From Catajapyx aquilonaris (Eukaryota): a DNA stretch of 36,230 nt. The notes under the pieces were generated by a model that searched no databases, was not told the origin of the DNA, and saw nothing but the letters and a program-made list of their open reading frames with translations. Every line of letters begins with the position of its first letter. The stretch's first letter is position 1. The DNA is taken from the NCBI GenBank assembly GCA_000934665.2, contig KZ539049.1:1-36230 (forward strand), given 5' to 3'. This document shows positions 24,440 to 36,230 of this stretch, one piece after another. Both the position numbers and the translations under genes were made by a program.

Positions 24440-27400
24440 CATTTTAATATCGGTTTCATTGCAGCGTACTTCCCCCCCGGACGTGATGCCAACAGATTTT
24501 TTTTTTCTGCATGCTCTTACCTGCAAAAATGCGGCAGTTAATTAAAATTCATTTGGTTATAATTTAATTTCTTCGCCATAACTGCAGGGGTAGGAAAATT
24601 CCCTTCGAATTAATAAACCGCGCCGTTAAATGCAGGTAATTTTGCAGCTTAATTAATGGGATTCTGTCTCTTGATAAGGAGATGGCAACGTTGCTGTAGA
24701 GAGAGAGGGAAAAAAAACTCTCCTGTAGTGAGGCTGACCGTCTGATTAAATTTGTTCTGAATTATTGACCAAGCCAGACTCCAGCTCTAACAAGGATTGA
24801 TTGCCCGTATAGAGTAGCAGATCACGTATATTGGGGGGGGGGGGGGGGAAGCCCCGCCATGCAAAAATAATGGCGACGTTGGCCTCAGCCATTGTTAGGC
24901 CGCCGTTTGATCCGACTCCGTGTCAATTATTGTCACTTTGTGGATGATGAAACGGCCACGCGTGAAAAGTACATTTTGCCCTCTTCCTATGTATACACAC
25001 GCGCTCATTATAAATCACTTCAGGGGCCTGGAATTAAATGCGCCTTCTCAATACCTTGTACAATATTTATTACACTTCAGCCATTTTGCTTTTACATCGT
25101 TATATGTACAGTACAAGTAAAAAGAGAAGACTTGTCATATTTTCCTGTCGAATAGGCAACACATCAGCCTGCCCTGTTTCGACTGCGGCCTGACTTCCAG
25201 GATACATCAATGTTTACATACTGTGTATGAATGTGGCGCAAATTTTGTGTGTGCGCAGCATATATGCACCCTTGGGCTCTTCCACGTCCATGACGCCAAA
25301 TTTAATTTACTTAGCCGACCGGGTCTTGTCATAAAGGTAGCCGGGTGGTAATCAGGGCGTGGTTGCCGGTCAACAATGGTTGGCATGAACAATGGAAAGC
25401 GTTTAGCCTGGGCTGGCAGGGTTGTCAAATTGGGCGGCAGTCACGACCCTCCCCGGAACAAGCCGAGGCTTTTGCGGAGGAGACGCTCGTATCTCATCCT
25501 GACACACCTCCCCGTCCCTTTTGGTCAGCGCCATTTTAACTGGGAGGGAGAATATTACTATGCCTTTTGGCCCCCTCGGGACACAGAAGCCTCTCCTTCA
25601 CGATCTCATGCATATTTCCCGCGGGTGTCATCGCCAAACAAGGAAGCACGTCATCTCATACGTGTCCTTTCCTGGACGGTGAGCATAAGAACTACACACT
25701 TGAGATTCTTATGCGCAGCATCCAGATTGCGCAGCTAGTCTTGGAATTACCCGGTATGATTATGGCTCAGTAAAAATTCCTTTTGTGTATGATCGGTGTA
25801 CTGAGCATTGTATTGTATGGTGATTACGCAGGATTATGCGGGGCTGTCATCACCATCTGTCTGATGCTGTGGGGGTCTGAAAGAGTGGGTGTGGTCGACA
25901 CAACCCATTGTTCTGTGCTGTGGTCAACGAAGAGTATGTGTGTGTGTGCCCCGAGACATACGCAGCAACCCGCACTATTTGACCCAAGAATTCCCACCCT
26001 TTGTCTCGTCCAGAACATCAATTATCAAAACTTTTGTACGGAGGCCGTTTCTGGCATTGGCTGAACACCCCCCCCTGAGGGGGCTCTCCCCCCTTTCCCT
26101 CACAGATTATGCGTGATTAATGCCTGACTAGGTCCGCTCTGGAATAAGGGATCGGGTGGACCCTGGGCCCTGAAACACAGAGCGACGTCATAATGTATTT
26201 TCACGCCTATCTGCGCTGCCAATCTAGCCCTTTAATGAGCCCCCCCGCTGGCTGCTGCTTCACTTCACGCGCTTAGTGCGTACGGGCGGTGTTCAATGGA
26301 TTATTCAGGCCGCGGCAGGAAATTGCACATAAATTGGCGGAACCATCTCTGGTCTCTCCGCTGGTCTCCTTAGATACTGTCACTCGGCCTGCGGAATTGA
26401 TGATGATCCCCGCCATGTTCCGCAATTTTCTTAACATTTGGAACTGTTCGGATGGCACATAACGTGGCTGCACAAACAGTCCTTTAATTAGTGAATAACC
26501 GTCGCCCGCATGGTCCGTATAATCCAGGCCATTAAAGTCGGCAAGATTTGATGACTGATGCGGCTAAGGGTCCGGAGGGACACAGCCTGTTAATTCCTGT
26601 CAGACCCTTTTTTTCAGCAGTGAGTCACAACTAGAAAAAGATGGAAGGGGAAGGACTCGACATTGATCTTTCTATGCTCTTGAAGTATATATAGATGCAC
26701 CATACATACCACCAGCATCGGAAATGCATCACCAGGTCTCTTTTTGGGTGGGTCCTGCAGCTGGATGCAAATCCTGGTGGAGGCGTCAAAGGAGGGGGAG
26801 GCCTCGTCTAATGCATTTAAAAGCAGGCAAGGTGCAAATGGCGCAGCCTGGGCCTTGACTCAACTGTCGGATGAAGAGAAACAAATTGGCCCGATGACGG
26901 ACAAATCTAAGAGGGTGGCAGAGTGCACCCGGTGACATCTTGTTTTTAAGAATCAATTTTCGGTGCACTTTTTGTGGACGTGGGCTACAACTAGGGTTGT
27001 CCAATAAGAAAGACACGGCTGATTTTCCGAGAAGAATGTTCTAGGATAGCGTAACAGCTACTGTGTGATCAGGGCAATTTGTTTACCCAAAAATTTTGTG
27101 CTACTAGTAACAGCTGCGACCAATGACAACATGTCACTTCCCAACCATTTCATTAACAGATGAAGAGGAGGGCTGGTGGAGTGGGTTGGTCGCTTGTCAC
27201 TCAGGATCTTGATTGGGTTTGGCCGTCACTCTAACCCCTAAGGCCATGTGGTCATTCGGCTCAATTATTTTTCCAATCTGTTAATGGCCACTTACTTCCT
27301 TGACAAAGAAAAAAATGACAAAAAATTGAACCTTACGTCACTCCAGTTCCTTATGTGCAAAAGTGTCAATCGATTGACAGGTTTTTGCAAGAATGAACGA

Positions 27401-28806
27401 AGGACTCGAGGTTTCACATTTTCGTTCAAATTTTCGTTTGATAAAAAATAAGCAGCCATCTAATATTATTATATAACCATTACGTTTCTGAGAACTTTAA
27501 ATAATACATTTTAATGTTTCTTATATTGGACCAGATGCCTCTGCTGCGTGTCCTTTTCCCCTGTACGTCGTTTCATAGATGCTTTTACTGCTTTCTAGGG
27601 GATTCCCCGTTTTCTTGGATTCTTCCCCCCCTCGCCCCCCCTCTTCCTCCCTTTTTTGTTGCATTTCCAGCTCGTTGTTTTCTGAATTATGCTCCATTCA
27701 AGGTGAGCTCAAGCATGCCTTATGGAATTTCGGGGGAGGGTTTTTGCCGGCACGTGTATAGGAAAAGAGTGTGGTGGCGTCTGGAGGGGTAAAGCGGGGA
27801 GGAGGGGAGGGGGACTTCCGTCACAGGCCCAACTAGAAGAAGAAGAAGAGCTGTCAGAGCCAAATGCTGCGCTCGCTTCCTATCCTCTCGGGGGTGCCTC
27901 TATGGCGCCATCACAAATTACTCGACTCAAAATATTCCAACTATTCACAGGCTGGGAGGACCAATTCCGTGATTTTCGGCCTGCACTAATCATTTCTACT
28001 TTAGAGTAGCAGTGATCAACAACAGTTCTGTATTTGACAAGCCTTAGGATGCAATATGTAAAAGCAAGCATTTCTGTAACGAAGGCGAAATGGCCAAAAT
28101 CAACTACAGTAGTTTTGTCTTTAAAATTCGTAACAAGTCGAAATCTGGGTGGAAGTTTATACATTTTTTGACCTTCCTGTACATATTGGTGATAGCATCA
28201 GGCCACCAACCACAAGTGCTTATCTCTGATATGACCGCCCCTGCCCAAAATATATTATATCAATTTGTTCCCACAGCCCTTAATCACCCTGTACATACAG
28301 CGCATTTTGCACAACATTCCTGCCCGTAAATCTGTCACGAGTCGTTACGTAATCGCGTAATTAGTTGACAGCCGGCCACAATGACGGGGACGGGTTATCA
28401 AATGGAACGCATCGCCGATAAAGAGGTCCTAATTGAAACGACCAATTCGGGGCCGAATTTGCGGGGCCAACAATTGGGCAACCCCCCGCTTCCGGATGAT
28501 GAGCCCGGGTTTTCTGCAGCACACCAGAAGCACACGGAGGGAGTCGAGGGAAAAGCGCGGAAAATTTGCAACATTTTGAGCCTCCCCAACGAGCGAGGCT
28601 TCCTCTGATCCGGCCGCTCAACTTAATTGACTAATTTTCTTGCTGGGTTTTCTTGCGCAGCCCTGGGAAAGTGGCGAAAATGCCTGCAGATAAAAGCGGT
28701 GCGCTTTATTTCCCCCCGCCGCATTTTGCGGGGAAGGGGGGGCCCCAGAACACTGCAGCCTCTAACTGGAGCTGCTCTGCGGTTTATACCGTGCCTCTAC
28801 CTGCCA

Positions 28807-28821
28807 TACAGGGTGTTCCAA
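28807..28821 (+). mobile_element. Tc1/mariner-type terminal inverted repeat (TA-CAGGGTGTTCCAA)
   Basis: TA+CAGGGTG is a common IS630-Tc1-mariner end, and its exact reverse complement lies at 32956-32970. A weak local partner, TTGGACACC, is at 28970-28978. Confidence 0.5.
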
Positions 28822-31800
28822 ACATCAAAGGGACTCTGCTTATCAGCTCATTCAGCCAGTCCGGCGCTCTTTCGCCATCAACATCTAAGCAGTTACTTTC
28901 TCATATCGTAAAAATAGCTGCTAATGTTGTAGTTGGAAAAGCATAACAGCTACTTCAAATAAGAAGCTGTTGGACACCAGGCTGCAGCGAGGTGCTCAAT
29001 TCGCGCAAAATTTACTGGAGTCAACACTTTTCTCCGAAAGTTTGCAAAAATGGGGGGGGGGGGGGTCGACCTCCGGCGACCCTCCCACAATTTGTAACCA
29101 GAAATAACCATTCAATAACCGTTTTTTTTTGAAAAGGTAGGGGAGGGGGGCAAGGATACGAATATCGAATTTGGTCCATAAAAGCCACGTAAGGCTGCGA
29201 ATAATAACCGGGCTGATCGATAGGTGATCAATAAACCCACACGTGCTGCTGGCCCGTCTTTCTTAGTATAGGTATTGACAAATTATTATGCTTGCTTGCC
29301 TCAAACAATAATGACAATTGGAGCAATTTACAGAGATACAATAATTTTCTGGTTTCTGGAGAACAATGAGTAACTTCTCTCGAGATCCGTGTAATGGCAA
29401 TACTATTGTTATAAACGGGCTTCCTGCATGTATGGCGTTGAGTCCTGGAGCTATCTAAAAGCCATTCTTAGCCCTTATAGATTTCCCCCGACGGGGCTGG
29501 GGGTCCCCCGGATACATCATCATCCCGGGGAATCCGGGGAAGGTGCAAGGCTTCATAAGCCAAAAGGTTGCCAAGATCCCCGCCTCCGAAATATTAGTCG
29601 AGGCTTATTCTTTCGGGAAATCTGCTACTAAATTCTTGTTGCCGAATTTTCTAGACCGAGCTTCTCCCAAGCGGTGTTAAGGATTTGGCGCAAAAAGGAG
29701 GCCTATAGCGGATGGGGAATAAAATTGATGCCCATATTACATATAGAACGTTGCACTTCCCAAGTCCACAGTTTGATGAGAAGCAACAATCCTGTACGCT
29801 TATTACTTTTCTTTAAACAGTTAAAAGGAGAGGGCGAATGACTTTGAATTATGAGATGAAGCCCTTCGAAGATGTTTACACGACAGGCTGGCAGCCATTG
29901 TAATGAGAACTCGCAGGTTGAATGGGGGGAAAACCACAAATATTTTCACGTTTCGTGCCTGAGCTTAAGGCGGGGAGGACGCAATAGCTGGTAATAAAAG
30001 AGGAGCAGCTATTTCTCCTGGAGTAAATATTTGCAGAGGAGCAGACGTCTTGGTAAATCCAAATAAAGTGTCGAGGGAAGGGGGGGAAGGGGAAGAAGTC
30101 TTGTGCGGCACGTGGGATGCAAAACTGCTGGGGCGACTGATCAAGACAGCCTGGGATTTACAGGAAAGACAGCAGAAAAGACAATCGATGAAAGGGAGGG
30201 AGGAATGAGGAAGGGAATAATTAATGAACACGGATGTGGAAACATTGCCTCATAAGCGCCCAAAAGGCAGGGGAACGTCTATTCTCATTTTCCAAAAACA
30301 GCTCAACAAAGCCTTGAATTTCGCACCTTCTTTTTTACAAACCAATTTTTTTCACCTGATCCCCCAGAGGTCTCCATCCCTTCCCCCGCTTTTCAAAAGG
30401 ACTCGAGTATTCTGTTGTGAAGGCAGGATTCGATCCGAGAAGCCAAGATACGTGTCGGGTATCACGAAAGAGGCACTGGGTGCTTCATAAAGACTCAAAA
30501 ACATGTTGGGTCAGTGCCGCACCATTTTGTTACGATCGCAATCAGTTTTAATGTCTATATGAGGCGATGGGAGTGGCGTAGGCTGTATCTACAGACGCCA
30601 AAGGGAATGATCCTCTGTTACTTAGCAACTAGAACATTTTTGTGGACGCGATTACTAGACATCCTGTGCCATATAGTCCGCTTCTATCTCCCCAACAACA
30701 AACGGAATAAGAAGCGGGAATTAACAAATGGATTCCTGGCCCCGCGGCTCTTCCACTTTGTTTCCGTCTGGAGATCAAAGGCAAAACAAGGCCTGAGCCG
30801 GACCCTTCCTTAAAACAGTGCGACGTAGCAGACGAGAGAGTCAGGCTGGATGGGGGTGGAGGGGGACGGAGGAGAGTTTGGGGAAGGGGGGGGGGGGGGN
30901 NNNAAAGGACGGAAATGTTGGGCCTGGGGGAAGAATCAATAGGGTGACACGTTTGGGACGAACTATGCTCTAAAAAAATTTGCGCAAAAAAAATTGTCGT
31001 GTTGTCATCCATTACAAGTCGCATTTTTCTGGCCGGGTTTCAACTCATAATGGGAACAGAAATGGACATTCCAGCCAGCCCACAATAAATTAAACACAGT
31101 TGTTTTTTATGGAAAAAAGGGATGTGAAAGTTTTAAAGTCCCTGTAAATCATCCGGCTCGTTATCGGCTTTAGCTCAGGCCCCGAAATTGTCTCTGTACA
31201 CTCCAATTTGGGACCTATTATTTCTTTCATAGACTTCGGTAATGTTAGTGAACATGGGTGTATTATTTAGTGATCTCCCCGAATTTTGGCTAATGAAAAA
31301 TTGCGGTTGGCACGTCCAAAAGTATCCTGACTGATCTGCAACCAACGCAACATGGTTGTAGTCCGGGTTGGCTCGCATCTCAGGATAACTGCTTCTTTTC
31401 CCTTTATTTCCACCAACAACCAACCAGGGAACAGAATAAGGGGGAACGAAGAAGAGAGAAAAACTACCGGGGTCCCCACAACGTTATTATACACGCTGGC
31501 ACATTTCCTCATTTCCTGGCCCACTGGATCTTCCCCTACCAACCCTCCATTTCCCTCAACCCATCCTTTCACGCACAAGCGTCGAGTTCGGGGGGAAAAA
31601 AAGAAGGATGGGAGGATAGGGGGGCTGACTTCCCATACAACCAAGAATTTGCATGTATAAAAAGGGCGTCTGGCAGGCATTAAGAGGGACGCTCTTCTTC
31701 ATTCCCAGCCCTACATGCCGCACAGGGTGATCCACAACCCAAAAATCCACGCGGTACAACGTGAAAGATTGTTCGCACTACCAACCACTTTTTGAATATG

Positions 31801-32241
31801 TAAAAGTGTACTCGACATGATTGGAGCAAATTGTTGGAGTTGTACGATTCTCAACTTATCTGTCCCTACAGTGGACATGAGGGTTGAGCCATCCTGTACC
31901 CGCATTTTCCCTCGACTAACGCACCAAATGCACTTGACGCCCCCCCTTCAGCCTGGAAAGAACAGGAAAAAAATGGCTCCTCTCCCATGGATGGCAGGGT
32001 TTTGGTTTCCCTTCCTTGCTGGCCAAAGTGCCGATATTGGATCGAGTGGGCGCAAAGAATCCCAAATTTGCAGACATGAATCACTCCGATCCAGGTCTAG
32101 CTCTTCTCTCTCTCTCGGACCAAATTAACGCACGTGTAGGGGTTGGATCAGGGTTGGGGGGTTGAAATACGTCTTGAATATTGAAGGGACGAGGTGCGGG
32201 GGCCAGATAACTCTGGTTTCCTGCACAAATTACTGCCCGTT

Positions 32242-32263
32242 TCTCTCTCTCTCTCTCTCTCTC
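32242..32263. repeat. (TC)11 microsatellite
   Basis: Direct reading. Confidence 0.9.
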
Positions 32264-32815
32264 CCCTCGTCGGAATTGTGTCCCATCGGTAACTCGGACC
32301 GCACGTGGATGACCACCAAACCTGGTTCCAGAACATTCCGAGCACATACCACCCCCGCCCCCTTTGGAAAGTTGGAGGAATCCCCCTTGAATTAGACAAA
32401 AACGCATTCCTATGGCCAGGGTGGGTTTTTTGGGGCCCTTCGAGATAATAGATGGCTCCACGTGGCAGAACGACATCTTGTGACAACGAGCAGAACTGCT
32501 GGAGGAAACAGTGCCATCTATGCTCGTATCAGCCAGTTACACAATACATTTCCCTTATTAAGCCCTTAATGGGCCAAACGTATGTAAATAGGGGGTGTTA
32601 ATTAGATCTGACAGTGAGTGTGCAGTGTCTGTAGCACAACTCTGCAGCAGGATGTGTTTATATCGACGTTTTCAATTCGATATGACGCGACAACTTTGTT
32701 TGTTCAAAAAACATGGAGGTGAACCAATCGGGTACTGTAAACTAATAACCGAAAATATTTACCTAGCATTACGTAATTGAGGCGTCAGCGTGGCTTCCTG
32801 TCACACCCATCGAAA

Positions 32816-32970
32816 TAGAGGGTGTGTCCATATTATTATAGTTATAATTTTTGATAACATGGATGCTTATTTTGGAGCAATTTATGACATTTTTTTTGCT
32901 ACTCTCAGTTGCTGAAAACAGAATGATGCCATAATTTTGTAAGAAACTGTTAGAGTTGGAACACCCTGTA
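32816..32970. mobile_element. Degenerate ~155-bp Tc1/mariner-type MITE
   Basis: The right end TTGGAACACCCTG-TA (32956-32970) is intact and the left end TA-GAGGGTGTGTCCA (32816-32830) is degenerate. The interior is AT-rich. Confidence 0.45.
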
Positions 32971-33400
32971 TTTGGACAAGACATCGATACAGTGTTGTGC
33001 GTGTATAGACTAAATTGGGCTGGACCGTGCCCTGGGCATAAGGTTGTTTCGAAATGAGATTTGGGAGAAGGAGATGGCTGGCCTTGTGCAGACGGACGAC
33101 CTGCAGTTTCCTTTTGGGAGAGGGAAGATAGTTGGGTGTAGGGAGTCTCCCCCACCCTCCTTCCCATGTAGGCCCCCCCAGCGAGCGAGGTGCCAATCAG
33201 ATCAATTCACGGGCCAAGGATCCAGTCTCAGTCAGACAGAGTGAGTGACTGACTGAGCCTTCCCCTTGGCTGCACAACCAAACTGTATTGGATCAAGAGC
33301 TGGCCCAACTCACAATCTCTTCTCCGCACAAACTTAAACGAGCCCAGGTTTTTCCCCCTTCCCTAAGCCTGTTGACACTAAGCCTGTGAGAGGCACGAGA

Positions 33401-33430
33401 CTGCACGCAACCGCACGCAACCGCACGCAA
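33401..33430. repeat. 10-bp tandem repeat, 3 copies
   Basis: CTGCACGCAA CCGCACGCAA CCGCACGCAA. Confidence 0.85.
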
Positions 33431-34775
33431 GTCGGCCTCACGCACTGGATTATCTCCTGGGTTTGCACACACCCGATATGAAGCTGACCCCAAACATGAC
33501 AAGGGGAACTGCATGGCAACAACTCCACGAAACCGATTCTGGTGGTTTTTGGGCACACCCTGTACCTACTTGGCAAGTTTTGGGTCTCATGGCTCCCAAC
33601 TTCTGAACTGTGTATCTGGATTCTGAGCTTTTCATGGGGGGTAAGACGGTGGTGGAAGGTTTTCGTAATTTATTTTTGCCCCCTCGGGAGCCGTTATCCT
33701 TCTCTCCGGTTCCTAATATAATAAGCGGCTGTTGCTTACTGCAGTTTCGCTACACTCTGATTTCCCATTGGTTGAAACGCACCCCGTTTGCTCTCAGTAA
33801 ACTACAAGTTGATTCCAACGGGTTTTAAAGTAAACAGTGTAGTAAACGAAAATATTGAACTGGAGACTTCAGACTGCGGGGAAAAAAATTCGAAACAAAA
33901 TTTTCCTCTCGAAAGAGGCCCGAATTTTTCAAAAGTTGCTGCTGCTCGTGCACACAAGAAAACCGCATAACAATAGCCATATTCGAAATTTTTTTGCGTG
34001 TCTTTTTTTTTTCCTTCCCTGGTCCGGAATATTTGGCGACACACGGATATTTCCATTTCTATTCTTTCCTCTCTTTTTTTTATCCAGCTTTCCAGCTGGG
34101 GGGAAAAAGATGGGGAAAAAAAAGAGATGGAAAAAAAGGGAGGTGAGATTAAGCAATGTGCTTGCTGTTGGACGTTTCTTCTCGCGTGATTGGCCGTTTG
34201 GAGTTCCGCATGGATTGCCTTCTATCGGTGGCCACTGTCTGCCATGCCAGCAAGGGAGGAACGCGGAATCGAGCTGAAAAGGAAGAGGGGAATGTGTCGT
34301 TGGAATATATAGAGAATGAAAAAAAAATGTCCTCAATTCGAGCCGGGTCCCCCCCAAAAAATTACACGTGTCCCATTGAGTGTGCCAGGAAGCCAATCCC
34401 TGAAGCGCTGCATGACTCACCACTAAAAGCAGCAGCCGGATGATGCAGACAATAAGACATGCTTCAAAGTACAGCCTATGGGCCTTTGTAATAAACAGTA
34501 AAACAACAAAAATAGGAGCTACTTAAGAACGTAAACGCTAGTTAACTCTTAAGTTAACCTGTAAGTCTGGACCAGGTTGAATAATCGAAGAGGTTGAACT
34601 ATCCAGCGTCCATCTCAGCTGAATGTTGGGAGGTCAGCGATTTCCACCTGGAGCTTTTTGGTCGAGTTTTGGCCCTCGGGTGGCTGTGGGGGCGGGAGGG
34701 GGCGCAAAAAAAGGGGGTGATTGGTATGCGGGCCAGATCAGTGATCGCCTTCGCTTCGGTTACCGGGCCTTTTCT

Positions 34776-34803
34776 CTTCTTCTTCTTCTTCTTCTTTTTT
34801 TTT
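34776..34803. repeat. (CTT)7 microsatellite plus T run
   Basis: Direct reading. It is the source of the poly-L, poly-F and poly-K runs in the ORF track. Confidence 0.9.
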
Positions 34804-35199
34804 GGAGGAGGACTTACCCCTGGGGACTCCTTCCACAGGTTTACTGCAGCCACCTTGGGCAGGTTTTTGGAGGGGATGTGCTCTGGAGATTGGGAATTTC
34901 GCCCAGATTCCAACTAAAGAAAGGAAAGGAGCTAAAAAAAGAAGAAAAAGAAAAACTGAGGAAAACTTGGGGAAAAAGAAAAAAAAAGAAAAGAATTTTG
35001 GTCCCCATTTCTACTCCTGGCCTGATTCTTGAACCGCAATCCGGCCGGATGTTAGGCTGGCCTCGCCCGAATTTTTGGAGGGTTACCGGATACGTCGTGG
35101 GAACCATTCCGGATTACCTTTGCGCAATTGCGACACTCACTCCCGTCTCTGCACCACTATTGTTACGATGCAGTTGTTACAGAACTCGCTTCGATACGA

Positions 35200-35335
35200 A
35201 AATTTTATTTATTTATTTACTATGTTTCTGTATGTTATGTTTTATGTTACAATCCTGTTTATTTGTTATTTTATTGTTTCATACTATTTTGTTTATTGTT
35301 ACATCCATCAATTCATTCATTACATCACGGCATTA
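35200..35335. repeat. T-rich low-complexity tract (degenerate TATTT/TGTTT/TATGT units)
   Basis: Strongly T-biased, decayed simple repeat. Confidence 0.7.
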
Positions 35336-35697
35336 TTGCAAAAATGGGGTCGTTATTTAATTTTAACTATAGGCTACCATTATGGAACACAGCATATGAT
35401 AATGGCTAAAACTGTCCCCATTAGCACCTTGCTTCCATAGCTTTCCAAGCTTGGCGTAAATCCGATATGGCAACATCGTAGTTATAGTGAACTGAAAAGT
35501 GACCAGTGACCTTTTTGCTCTGGTAGTAAAAATGATCTTGCAAACCCACATAAACCAACTCTTTATCAGTCTCGAGCCAAATCGAGTTTTTACCAAGTTT
35601 TCCATCCTATTTCTTGGGGGACGTAACAAGACAGCAGTAAAAACCCTGCCAAGAATATATCCTTTTATGAAATCTTCTTTGGGGGGGGGGGGGGGAA

Positions 35698-35895
35698 NNN
35701 NNNNNNNNNNNNNNNNNNNNNNNNNNNNNNNNNNNNNNNNNNNNNNNNNNNNNNNNNNNNNNNNNNNNNNNNNNNNNNNNNNNNNNNNNNNNNNNNNNNN
35801 NNNNNNNNNNNNNNNNNNNNNNNNNNNNNNNNNNNNNNNNNNNNNNNNNNNNNNNNNNNNNNNNNNNNNNNNNNNNNNNNNNNNNNNNNNNNNNN
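35698..35895. other. Assembly gap (198 N) flanked by poly-G on both sides
   Basis: G15 at 35681-35695 and G16 at 35896-35911. Confidence 1.
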
Positions 35896-36230
35896 GGGGG
35901 GGGGGGGGGGGCAGTAATAAAAAGGGAGGGAAGAAGAAGAAGAAAGCGTAGATAAGAAGGTGGCAGGCGTTGAAGGCAATTCCCCAGGGGAACTGTAGAA
36001 AAGTATCAATAACAAGGGGGAGTGTGAAGAGGAAACGGAAAGGAGACCAAGGCGATGATAAAGACAAAGAGGAGTGGGCTGGGCTTCTCTCTCTTTTTTT
36101 TCCTTCTTCTTCTTCAGTTCTTTTTCTTCTTGAGAATGGGTGGTAGGGTGGGTGTGATTTCATAGCCGAGAAAATGCGATAGGGAGGTGTGTTTTTGCGC
36201 TTGGGTCGCCTCCAAGTTGGCAGGGTTGGC

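Noticed and set aside
25198..25220. CAGGATACAT partial match to the reverse complement of miR-iab-4 (also CCCGTAGATC near 7670, resembling miR-100)
   Set aside because: These are only ~10-nt matches, with no full mature sequence or precursor hairpin.
28381..28608. 75-aa ATG ORF with protein-like composition
   Set aside because: It is short, with no homology I can recognise and no supporting gene structure. BLASTP or RNA-seq would be needed.
31656..31702. TATAAAA with a downstream TCATTC as a core promoter
   Set aside because: The spacing (~40 bp) does not fit TATA-Inr geometry and no gene follows.
34623..35360. 245-aa ORF (+)
   Set aside because: It is built from (CTT)n, A-rich and T-rich low-complexity tracts, and has no recognisable domain.
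35363..36163. 266-aa ORF (-) and overlapping ORFs
   Set aside because: The length comes from reading through the 198-N gap and simple repeats.

Overview
This window reads as non-coding DNA from an invertebrate animal genome. That assignment is an inference from abundant CpG, microsatellites, many poly-G/C runs, short AT-rich transposon relics and small assembly gaps; arthropod-like is a guess. None of the six-frame ORFs resembles a protein family I recognise, and I found no rRNA, tRNA, conserved miRNA or CRISPR array, so it is most likely a large intron or intergenic/regulatory region. The supportable structure is a set of small non-autonomous DNA transposons. These are: (i) a Helentron/DINE-1-like end at 1-252; (ii) a dense cluster of five palindromic CAC-type MITEs from two families at 1304-1937, including an inverted dimer; (iii) a ~330-bp foldback at 10250-10580 that resolves into a second inverted dimer, of a PIF/Harbinger-like MITE; (iv) a 125-bp palindromic MITE at 16706-16830; and (v) several TACAGGGTG Tc1/mariner-type ends at 28.3-33.6 kb. 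The most unusual pattern is the repeated side-by-side, inverted pairing of same-family MITEs. I do not see evidence for a new protein-coding system.
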